Part shown: positions 9,089 to 16,208 of the stretch, one piece after another
How positions within the stretch are numbered: position 1 is the first letter of the stretch
Layout: each line of letters begins with the position of its first letter
Source of the DNA: a virus
Taxonomy: Duplodnaviria > Heunggongvirae > Uroviricota > Caudoviricetes
Virus record (IMG/VR): IMGVR_UViG_2548876950_000008
Length of the DNA: 24,352 nt
Strand: one strand, 5' to 3'
Position numbers and translations under genes: made by a program
Notes under the pieces: generated by a model
What the model was told of the DNA's origin: nothing
What the model saw: only the letters and a program-made list of their open reading frames with translations
Database searches by the model: none

Positions 9089-10128
9089 AAAAACCTCTCG
9101 TCACCCGTAATGACATAGCCGAAGCGATCGCCCTGCATACTGCCTGTATGCCGACACGGGAGATCCCCGGCGCAATTGCCAACTATTTCATGATAACCAG
9201 ACGTTTTTATACCCGAACAGATAAGGCTGTGATCAACAAGCTACTGATAGCCGAGATCAGGGATTATTTGATTGAACAAGGACGTCTACGTTACGCAACA
9301 GTGGCAGCAGAAATGAGAAAGGAGGCACATAGAATGACCGGTAATAATTTGAATGTTGAAAAAACAGCACCTGTTACGTCAGCTACGCCAGCACCAGCCG
9401 TGAATATCATCCCCAACACCGGAGACACAATCGACAGCCTGACACTGTTAAAGATGGTCAATGAAGCGCGTAAGTTATGTGGGGAACCAGAGGTTCGGAA
9501 CAACAAATTCATCGAAAAAATACTCGACGAATTAGAAGGTGAGGACGGTTACACAAAAAGTGCAACCGTGCCGCCAGGTGGCGGTACGCCTATGGTTGTC
9601 ATAACCATGACCTACAAACAAGCCCTGCGAGTCGCCGCACGCGAATCAAAAGCCGTCCGCCGTTCGCTGATCGACAAACTGGAAGAATTGCAGCAGGCAA
9701 ACTCCCCTGCCCCATCGATCCCCCAAACATTACCAGAAGCTCTACGCCTGGCTGCCGAGTTGGCAGAACAGAAAATGCAGCTGGAACAACAGCTGGTGGC
9801 CGCAGCCCCTAAAGTCGATTTTGCCGACCGGGTATCAGTGGCCAATGGAATCCTGATCGGGAACTTTGCAAAGGTCGTTGGACTTAAGCAAAACGCCCTT
9901 TTCTCATGGTTGCGCCAGAACGGCATTCTCATGGCTTTTGGTGCGCGCAAAAACGTACCGCGCCAGCAGTACATTAACGCCGGGTATTTCACGGTGAAAG
10001 AAGTGGTGCTGGATGATGAAAATGGCTACCAGATACGGCTGACGCCCCAATTAACGGGTAAAGGCCAGCAGTGGTTAACTCGCAAGCTACTTGATGCTGG
10101 TTTGTTAAAACCAGTAGCAATAGGTTAA
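9085..10128 (+). CDS. ant: antirepressor Ant (347 aa)
   Basis: Position downstream of Op51/c4/icd; C-terminal about 130 aa (PQTLPEALRLAAELAEQK...GKGQQWLTRKLLDAGLL) is a conserved antirepressor C-terminal domain shared with the downstream KilA. Confidence 0.8.
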   Translation: MKKPLVTRNDIAEAIALHTACMPTREIPGAIANYFMITRRFYTRTDKAVINKLLIAEIRDYLIEQGRLRYATVAAEMRKEAHRMTGNNLNVEKTAPVTSATPAPAVNIIPNTGDTIDSLTLLKMVNEARKLCGEPEVRNNKFIEKILDELEGEDGYTKSATVPPGGGTPMVVITMTYKQALRVAARESKAVRRSLIDKLEELQQANSPAPSIPQTLPEALRLAAELAEQKMQLEQQLVAAAPKVDFADRVSVANGILIGNFAKVVGLKQNALFSWLRQNGILMAFGARKNVPRQQYINAGYFTVKEVVLDDENGYQIRLTPQLTGKGQQWLTRKLLDAGLLKPVAIG

Positions 10129-10141
10129 CAAAAGAAAAAAA

Positions 10142-10166
10142 CCTGCCAGCAAACTGGCAGGTTTCT
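10142..10166 (+). terminator. rho-independent terminator after ant (CCTGCCAG-CAAA-CTGGCAGG followed by TTTCT)
   Basis: 8-bp GC-rich stem, 4-nt loop and T-run 14 nt after the ant stop codon. Confidence 0.65.
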
Positions 10167-10206
10167 GAGCAGATCGTCCAACCCGATCTGGATCGGGTCA
10201 GAAAAA

Positions 10207-10223
10207 TTTGCTCTAATAAATTT
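10207..10223 (+). promoter_or_regulatory. C1 repressor operator (Op53-like), TTTGCTCTAATAAATTT
   Basis: 16/17 match to the C1 operator consensus; the surrounding about 30 bp is a near-copy of the Op51 context (8536-8567). Confidence 0.75.
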
Positions 10224-10292
10224 CGTTTTCTAAGTGCAAAGAATCACCATTTCGAGCTGGTGATTGAAGGTTGATGCAAATTTGGAGAAAAA

Positions 10293-11093
10293 ATGCAACA
10301 AACATTCAATGCGGATATGAATATATCAAACCTTCATCAAAATGTCGATCCTTCAACCACTCTGCCCGTTATTTGTGGTGTTGAAATTACGACCGACCGC
10401 GCTGGCCGTTACAACCTTAATGCTCTACACAGAGCGAGCGGACTCGGTGCCCATAAAGCGCCAGCTCAATGGCTAAGAACGCTGTCAGCTAAACAGCTCA
10501 TCGAAGAGCTTGAAAAAGAAACTATGCAGAATTGCATAGTTTCGTTCGAAGGCCGTGGCGGCGGCACTTTTGCCCATGAATTGCTCGCTGTGGAGTACGC
10601 AGGCTGGATTTCTCCCGCGTTTCGGCTGAAGGTAAACCAGACATTTATCGACTATCGAGCTGGAAGATTACAACCTGCTATTCCGCAGAGTCTCCCTGAA
10701 GCTCTCCGTTTGGCTGCCGACCTGGCAGAGCAAAAGCAACGGCTGGAGCAAAAAATGCTTATGGATGCACCTAAAGTCGAATTCGCCGAACGCGTTGCTA
10801 CCGCCAGCGGGGTTCTAATCGGCAACTATGCCAAAGTGCTCGGCCTGGGCCAAAACTATCTCTTCACTTGGTTGCGTGATAACGGAATTCTGATCGCAAC
10901 CGGTGAACGCAGGAACGTCCCCAAACAAGAATACATATCCCGTGGGTACTTCACCCTCAAAGAAACCGTGATCGATACAAGCAATGGAAGCAGGATTTCT
11001 TTCACGACTCGTATAACCGGTAAAGGTCAGCAGTGGCTTATGAAGCGATTGCTTGATGCTGGTGTGCTGGTACCTGTCGCGGCAACGCGCTAA
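10293..11093 (+). CDS. kilA: KilA (KilA-N domain fused to an Ant-type C-terminal domain), 266 aa
   Basis: Position between Op53 and repL; C-terminal half is paralogous to the Ant C-terminus (PQSLPEALRLAADLAEQK...GKGQQWLMKRLLDAGVL). Confidence 0.8.
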   Translation: MQQTFNADMNISNLHQNVDPSTTLPVICGVEITTDRAGRYNLNALHRASGLGAHKAPAQWLRTLSAKQLIEELEKETMQNCIVSFEGRGGGTFAHELLAVEYAGWISPAFRLKVNQTFIDYRAGRLQPAIPQSLPEALRLAADLAEQKQRLEQKMLMDAPKVEFAERVATASGVLIGNYAKVLGLGQNYLFTWLRDNGILIATGERRNVPKQEYISRGYFTLKETVIDTSNGSRISFTTRITGKGQQWLMKRLLDAGVLVPVAATR

Positions 11094-11122
11094 CAAACGT
11101 AGTAAGAACCACCAGCATTGTA

Positions 11123-11968
11123 ATGCTGGCTAAAGTCACTTTCCTGAGCTGTATAACGATGAGCGATTTTACTTTTTCTGGCTATGAATTGGCCTGCTTT
11201 GTAACACACTCCGGTCTATCCCGTAGCGCCGGGCATATCCTGTCGCAATGTGCAAATCTCGCGGCAACAACCAGTGAATACTTCATTCACAAGCCTCACC
11301 GCCTGATCGCGGCAGAAACTGGTTATAGCCAATCAACCGTCGTTCGTGCATTCCGTGAAGCTGTAAACAAAGGAATTCTGTCTGTAGAGATTGTTATCGG
11401 CGATCACCGTGAACGTCGCGCTAACCTGTACCGGTTTACACCATCATTTTTGGCCTTCGCACAACAAGCCAAAAATGCGCTGATTGAAAGCAAATTAAAG
11501 ATCTCTTCAGCGGCAACCAAGGTTAAAGCTGTTCTCGCTAAGACATTGGCTTTATTTAATTTTTTATCCACACCCCCATGTCAAAATGATACCCCCTCCC
11601 CCTGTCAGGATGACGTGGCAATAAAGAATAAGAAGTCACAAGTTAAAAAAACAAAAAGATCAGTTTCCGGCGGTGCCGGAACGACCAGACTCAAAAAATT
11701 GACTTCATGGATCGCTGAGGCAAAAGCAAAGGCTGACAATCTGCGGTTATCCAAAAAACGCGCTCAAAAACATGAGTTCAAGCAGAAAGTAGAGGCGGCA
11801 GCGCGGAAATATGCTTACCTGAAGGACAAGCGTTCTCCTGATATTGGCGGGATATCAAACTTCGATAATCTGCCGCATTGCATGACGGTAAACGAAGCTC
11901 TTAATGCGGTTTTAGCCAAAAATAAAGATAACGAACAATGGGGTATACCGGCAGGATTCAGAGGGTGA
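11123..11968 (+). CDS. repL: lytic replication initiator RepL (281 aa)
   Basis: 281-aa ORF directly after kilA under the Op53 promoter, as in P1; the gene contains an exact DnaA box in an A+T-rich stretch, consistent with an internal oriL. Confidence 0.75.
   Translation: MLAKVTFLSCITMSDFTFSGYELACFVTHSGLSRSAGHILSQCANLAATTSEYFIHKPHRLIAAETGYSQSTVVRAFREAVNKGILSVEIVIGDHRERRANLYRFTPSFLAFAQQAKNALIESKLKISSAATKVKAVLAKTLALFNFLSTPPCQNDTPSPCQDDVAIKNKKSQVKKTKRSVSGGAGTTRLKKLTSWIAEAKAKADNLRLSKKRAQKHEFKQKVEAAARKYAYLKDKRSPDIGGISNFDNLPHCMTVNEALNAVLAKNKDNEQWGIPAGFRG
11540..11600 (+). promoter_or_regulatory. candidate lytic origin (oriL) core inside repL: exact DnaA box TTATCCACA (11567-11575) in an A+T-rich tract
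   Basis: Sequence ttggctttatttaattttttatccacaccccc read directly; P1 oriL is known to lie within repL. Confidence 0.4.
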
Positions 11969-12018
11969 TAGATTGCTCTAATCTGGAGTCACCTGGCGTT
12001 TTCAGTTTGAGGTCGGAG

Positions 12019-12264
12019 ATGCAATCTGATTTTTTACAGTTAGCGATCGCTTTTGCAGGATATGTTTGTATTGGCTTCTGTGTATACATGATCAGCCGAA
12101 AAATGCTTGTCGATATCGACCGCAAAGAACAAGCAGAGGAGATCTTAGTATGGATTTTCTTTGGCGCGGTCTGGCCATTAGGGGTCATGTTTGCTGCAAC
12201 GTTTCTTCTGATGTGGATATTCACCCTTCCAGGTGATTTCTATAGAAAAAAAGCCAGACATTGA
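12019..12264 (+). CDS. small membrane protein, two predicted TM helices (81 aa from the internal ATG)
   Basis: ORF track 11938..12264; the ATG at 12019 has an SD (GAGGTCGGAG-ATG). Hydrophobic segments LAIAFAGYVCIGFCVYMI and VWIFFGAVWPLGVMFAATFLLMWIF. Confidence 0.5.
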   Translation: MQSDFLQLAIAFAGYVCIGFCVYMISRKMLVDIDRKEQAEEILVWIFFGAVWPLGVMFAATFLLMWIFTLPGDFYRKKARH

Positions 12265-12334
12265 TACAATCGCTGCGGGTGCTTGAGGCTATCTGCTTCA
12301 GGCATTACCCGAAAAGCAGATAGAAGAAAGCCCC

Positions 12335-12396
12335 AGATAACATTACGCGTCCTGCAAGACGCTTAACATTAATCTGAGGCCATATCTATGCTTAGC
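12335..12396 (-). ncRNA. sok: candidate Sok-like antisense RNA
   Basis: Minus-strand promoter TTGACC (plus 12427-12432) - 18 nt - TAATCT (plus 12403-12408) would fire antisense across the mok start/SD region. The 3' end is not defined. Confidence 0.35.
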
Positions 12397-12594
12397 ATAC
12401 GTAGATTAGCCTCTTACCGACCAAAAGGTCAAGGAGAAGCAGGCTATGAAGCAGCAAAAAGCGATGTTAATCGCTCTGATCGTCATCTGTTTAACCGTCA
12501 TTGTGACGGCACTGGTAACGAGGAAAGACCTCTGCGAGGTACGAATCCGAACCGGCCAGACGGAGGTCACTGTCTTCACAGCCTACGAATCTGA
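12388..12594 (+). CDS. mok: mok-like overlapping reading frame (68 codons)
   Basis: ORF with SD (GAGG 8 nt upstream) that begins upstream of hok and overlaps it in another frame, the arrangement of mok in hok/sok loci. Confidence 0.45.
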   Translation: MLSIRRLASYRPKGQGEAGYEAAKSDVNRSDRHLFNRHCDGTGNEERPLRGTNPNRPDGGHCLHSLRI

Positions 12595-12601
12595 AAGGTA
12601 A
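12446..12601 (+). CDS. hok: Hok/Gef-family type I toxin (51 aa)
   Basis: Translation MKQQKAMLIALIVICLTVIVTALVTRKDLCEVRIRTGQTEVTVFTAYESER is near-identical in pattern to E. coli Gef/HokC as I recall it (MKQHKAMIVALIVICITAVVAALVTRKDLCEVHIRTGQTEVAVFTAYESE). SD AAGGAG 9 nt upstream. Confidence 0.8.
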   Translation: MKQQKAMLIALIVICLTVIVTALVTRKDLCEVRIRTGQTEVTVFTAYESER

Positions 12602-12920
12602 GAGACCTGGCGGGGAGAGATCCCCGCCACTCTTCGTGTGTCAGGTATCCTCAATGCACCCTTTTCTCCCCAATAGTGTAAAACACAATGAAGTAGAAGG
12701 AGTTATTTCACATCATGCAAAGATTCAGACCATATCTCCCAATAGCCTTCGCGACATGATGACTTTCAGAAATATCTAGCTGTTAACAAAATTCCATACT
12801 TGCTTTGCTAATACCACCTAGATTATATATGGAAAAATACACCTAAAACTTAAACAAATTATATCCACAACAAACATCCATCTATTAGGATTAAAATTAA
12901 TTTAATAATAAATAATACAA

Positions 12921-12948
12921 CACCGGTTCATTTTCTAACAAACCGGTG
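12921..12948 (-). terminator. hairpin (CACCGGTT ... AACCGGTG) followed by an A/T-rich run, 3' of the MazG-like gene
   Basis: 8-bp stem with 12-nt loop, 7 nt downstream of the stop at 12956; minus-strand RNA continues UUGUAUUAUUUAUUAUU. Confidence 0.45.
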
Positions 12949-12955
12949 GGCACCA

Positions 12956-13945
12956 TTATTGGAATAACTTACTGATTACATTAAAAACATTAAGGGCGTT
13001 ACTTGCCACACTAGACATCTTAGCTGAATTTTTTTCGATTGAGTCAAGAACACTTTCGACTTCCGATAAAGTTCTTCTGCTATCTGCATCTTTTCCTGAG
13101 TCTATCGCATCTTTAATTGCAGATATAGCAGACTCTAAATTCTCCTTAAACTCACCTGTCGTCTCATCCTTCAAGAGAAGTTCTAACTCTTGTTTAAGTT
13201 TTTCCAATGATGCTCTTTTCTCATCAGTTTTACTAATCTTCCCTGAATAACTGACACAAACACATTCTCTTTTATTGCAGACAGGACAACCATTTAGATA
13301 ATAACTTTCAAACGCCTCGCCAAGATCATCATCTTTAAAAATAATCCCCCATAAAGAAAACAACCAAGCATATATATCAGCACACTCTTCATGAAGATTT
13401 TCTTTGTTGTAATTTTTATCTTCAATTGATTTAGCATAAGCCTCTTGCAACTCACCCAACTCTTCGAATAACCTGGATGAATGATAAAACCCACCAAAAG
13501 TAGACCAAATGGTTCTATTCGACGGATAGATGTCATTAATCATTCGTGGCGCATAAGGCGGAAATTGCATAGGTTTAATAGCGTTATATTTATTGAAAAG
13601 CTCATCTTTAATTCCTTTTGCGCTTCTTATTTTCTCTGGCTTTCTGTGTGTTTGAGAACAGGAACAAGGCGCCCCTAAGCAATAAGGACAGCAACTAGGA
13701 AATTTTTTATAAAATGCTTCCTGTGGTTGTATTTCAAGTTTATCACAGATTGCAAAAAGCCAAGACAATGCTTCTATATAGGTATTTTTTAATAATTCTT
13801 TATCCTGATTACCATCACGAATAAACTCACGTGTTAAATAAGCTGTTTTCCTTGTCAGATAAGAGTACATATACTCAAATGATTTTTCTTCATTTTTTTT
13901 GCTGTAAATACCTACAATAATATTGCTCATATCATTGATACGTAA
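12956..13945 (-). CDS. tandem MazG-like (all-alpha NTP pyrophosphohydrolase-like) plus zinc-ribbon protein (329 aa from the SD-backed ATG)
   Basis: ORF track 12956..14026; the SD-backed start is AAGAGGAATGTC-ATG at 13945 (MLRINDMSN...). Two internal repeats each carry a MazG-like helix (EELGELQEAYAKS ... EECADIYAWLFSLWG; ...YIEALSWLFAICDKLE) followed by a Cys cluster (CCPYCLGAPCSCS; CPVCNKRECVCVS). A+T-rich. Confidence 0.7.
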   Translation of the reverse strand, partial: LRINDMSNIIVGIYSKKNEEKSFEYMYSYLTRKTAYLTREFIRDGNQDKELLKNTYIEALSWLFAICDKLEIQPQEAFYKKFPSCCPYCLGAPCSCSQTHRKPEKIRSAKGIKDELFNKYNAIKPMQFPPYAPRMINDIYPSNRTIWSTFGGFYHSSRLFEELGELQEAYAKSIEDKNYNKENLHEECADIYAWLFSLWGIIFKDDDLGEAFESYYLNGCPVCNKRECVCVSYSGKISKTDEKRASLEKLKQELELLLKDETTGEFKENLESAISAIKDAIDSGKDADSRRTLSEVESVLDSIEKNSAKMSSVASNALNVFNVISKLFQ

Positions 13946-14196
13946 CATGACATTCCTCTTAAATAAGCCAATACTTCCTAGAACCATATATGCTTCGACA
14001 AAGATTAACGGACATCTTGCCTTCACAAACTTTGACGCTACATAAATTTAAGCATGTGCATACTAAATATTTAAGGTAGAAAAGTATAGGAGTATTTATT
14101 AATAGGTAACTGTTAGTTTACACTCACTTCATACCAGAGTATTGACAAGATGTTATTTTACTCTATTCGCTAGGCGGTGGAATGCGGTTGTATCAA

Positions 14197-14214
14197 GGGG
14201 AGGTAAACCTCCCC
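14197..14214 (-). terminator. GC hairpin (GGGGAGG-TAAA-CCTCCCC) 3' of the late structural operon
   Basis: Perfect 7-bp stem about 30 nt downstream of the 14246 stop; no strong U-run, so it may be a stabilising 3' hairpin or a weak terminator. Confidence 0.45.
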
Positions 14215-14245
14215 CGAAGAAGATTAAAAGTACAAGGGATAACAC

Positions 14246-14755
14246 TTAATCCCACTCAATCCAGTTGTAGACGATACGAAGTGACGGGCGCACAGCGGCA
14301 GTCACATCTTCGGTACTAAAGTCGATTGCATCACTGTAGATTTTGCAGTCCAACATTTCAATTGTTGTAGCAGCTTTTGTCACAGCGTTAACCCCGGAAG
14401 ATTTGGATTCAGGGGTCGCAGCCATCGTGATATCAACATAGTCCTTCGCCGCAATGCGATCTTTAATGAACTGAAGAATATCGCCTTCGATAGTCTCCAC
14501 GCACTGGACCTGGATTTCCCCAGAGTTTCGAATTGGACCGTGCTGGTTGAACTTCACACCATTCGGACCATAGTCCTCCACATCCTCGCGGGTCATTTCA
14601 GGAATTTGCGACGTGCGAACCAGTACGCTGATATCTTCATGGCCTGCAAAAGTGAGCTGGAATTCAGAAGATACCAGTCGTTCGCCTTTGGCCGCGTTGG
14701 CAGTATAGCGGCCCTTAATAAATTTACGGTTTCCCTTAGTGTTATTGTGCCCCAT
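14246..14755 (-). CDS. phage tail structural protein (169 aa), tube- or baseplate-like
   Basis: SD AAGGA 8 nt upstream of ATG at 14755; last gene of the capsid-sheath operon. Function from context only. Confidence 0.65.
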   Translation of the reverse strand: MGHNNTKGNRKFIKGRYTANAAKGERLVSSEFQLTFAGHEDISVLVRTSQIPEMTREDVEDYGPNGVKFNQHGPIRNSGEIQVQCVETIEGDILQFIKDRIAAKDYVDITMAATPESKSSGVNAVTKAATTIEMLDCKIYSDAIDFSTEDVTAAVRPSLRIVYNWIEWD

Positions 14756-14766
14756 ATAAAATCCTT

Positions 14767-15348
14767 TTACTGGAACGCCCGAACAATATCGGAGCTGTTA
14801 TATATCGAAGAACCGGTCAACTGGAGGTTGACGGTGTTTTTCAGGAAATGCCCATTGCTGTCCCTGGGCGCATCGAGATCGAAACTTATGTCCTGGATAG
14901 CGACATCAATGATGTTGATCCGGCGACCAATGTTTAGCGTCACACGCTCCGGGATTCGACCACCAATACTGGCATCTTTAAGTTCCGGGCTAATCATCGC
15001 TGACAATGCGGCGATAGCTCCTGAAACCTCCGTGAATGGGTCAAACAAAGCGATGAAAGTTACTGGCAGCGTGAAAGTCGGCGGTGTTCCCCCTTCCCAA
15101 ACCATTAAGCTGTTCCAACGGGCAACCGACGTTGTTTCAGTACCAACCTGCGCAAAACCACTGAAGGCACCAGCAACAGATCCCATGGACATACCGGTAA
15201 ACGGCGCTTCCCAATTCTGGGCCATGTTCATTGCCGCTCCCTGGCTGATATATCCGGTAACCTGGTACTGAGAGTTCGTTAAAGTAACTTTCAGATATGG
15301 CGATACACCGTCAGCCTGGCTGTAAACCCCATAAGGTATAGGTGCCAT
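14767..15348 (-). CDS. phage tail structural protein (193 aa)
   Basis: Co-oriented and tightly packed in the capsid-sheath operon; Gly/Ala/Ser/Thr-rich beta-type composition. Confidence 0.65.
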   Translation of the reverse strand: MAPIPYGVYSQADGVSPYLKVTLTNSQYQVTGYISQGAAMNMAQNWEAPFTGMSMGSVAGAFSGFAQVGTETTSVARWNSLMVWEGGTPPTFTLPVTFIALFDPFTEVSGAIAALSAMISPELKDASIGGRIPERVTLNIGRRINIIDVAIQDISFDLDAPRDSNGHFLKNTVNLQLTGSSIYNSSDIVRAFQ

Positions 15349-15383
15349 TCAAGTTAAAGGCCGGAGTTCTCCGGCCTCCTCCT

Positions 15384-16199
15384 TTAGCCGAGGCGCTTAC
15401 GGCGCAGTTTCATTGACTTTTTGCGGGCCAGTTTTGCCGCGCCGGTCTGGGCTTTACGACGCGCTTTTTTCAGCGCCGATTTTTGAGCCGCAGTCAGACG
15501 TTTTTTACGCAGGCGTTTACGGATGAGTTTGATCTCACCGTTACGAACAACCTTCTTAAATGCTTCAGTCAGCATTTCATCAGAAGTGCCAGCAACAACA
15601 AACGCCGCTTCCAGTTCGTCACGGTCGTCGCTATCTAAACCAGCGATAGAGGCACCAACATCAGCAGCTGCGTCGTCGTCTTCATCGTCAGCCAGTGCTT
15701 CGATCAGGTCATCATCTACACCGCATGCTGCGAGGAAGTCAGCAACATTTGCCCATGCTTCGTTATAGGCATCGTCCTGTTCTTCTGTAACTTCGGAGTC
15801 GTCGTCATCAGAGATACCAGCGATAGCCTGAACGAAACCATCAAGGGAGTCGAAAGTCAGATCACCGCTATCAGCCCAGGCGAAAACGGCGTCGGCCGCA
15901 TCACTCAACGCATTCTGCATAGCACTTCGATTTGCAGCTTCCAGAATCATCTGGTGCGCCTGTTCGACGGTCCATTCTTTACCGTCTTTCCCTTCCAGGA
16001 TTTGCTCAGGAGCCGTGGCAGATGGAGCGTTATCGTTAGTCTGTGCCGCCGGTTCCGGATTATTATTAATAACCGGATCTGTTGTCGGTTCGGCGCTTGC
16101 TCGGGCAGACTCCATCAACTGCACAGGATCAGAGTTCAAAGCGAAACGAGACAGTCCATTCCCCAAAAATGCCCCGGATTGAAAAAAGTTTTTGCTCAT
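15384..16199 (-). CDS. highly acidic protein with polybasic C-terminal tail (271 aa)
   Basis: SD AAGGAAA upstream of ATG at 16199; the middle is D/E-rich (ISDDDDSEVTEEQDD..., ADDEDDDAAAD...) and the C-terminus is KLIRKRLRKKRL...KLRRKRLG. Confidence 0.7.
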   Translation of the reverse strand: MSKNFFQSGAFLGNGLSRFALNSDPVQLMESARASAEPTTDPVINNNPEPAAQTNDNAPSATAPEQILEGKDGKEWTVEQAHQMILEAANRSAMQNALSDAADAVFAWADSGDLTFDSLDGFVQAIAGISDDDDSEVTEEQDDAYNEAWANVADFLAACGVDDDLIEALADDEDDDAAADVGASIAGLDSDDRDELEAAFVVAGTSDEMLTEAFKKVVRNGEIKLIRKRLRKKRLTAAQKSALKKARRKAQTGAAKLARKKSMKLRRKRLG

Positions 16200-16208
16200 T
16201 GTATTTCC

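Noticed and set aside
9291-9992. Minus-strand ORFs (73 and 126 aa) within ant
   Set aside because: Antisense to ant, with Cys/Ser/Ala-rich low-complexity translations.
14540-15271. 243-aa plus-strand ORF
   Set aside because: Antisense across two tightly packed minus-strand structural genes; no RBS; likely a spurious open frame.
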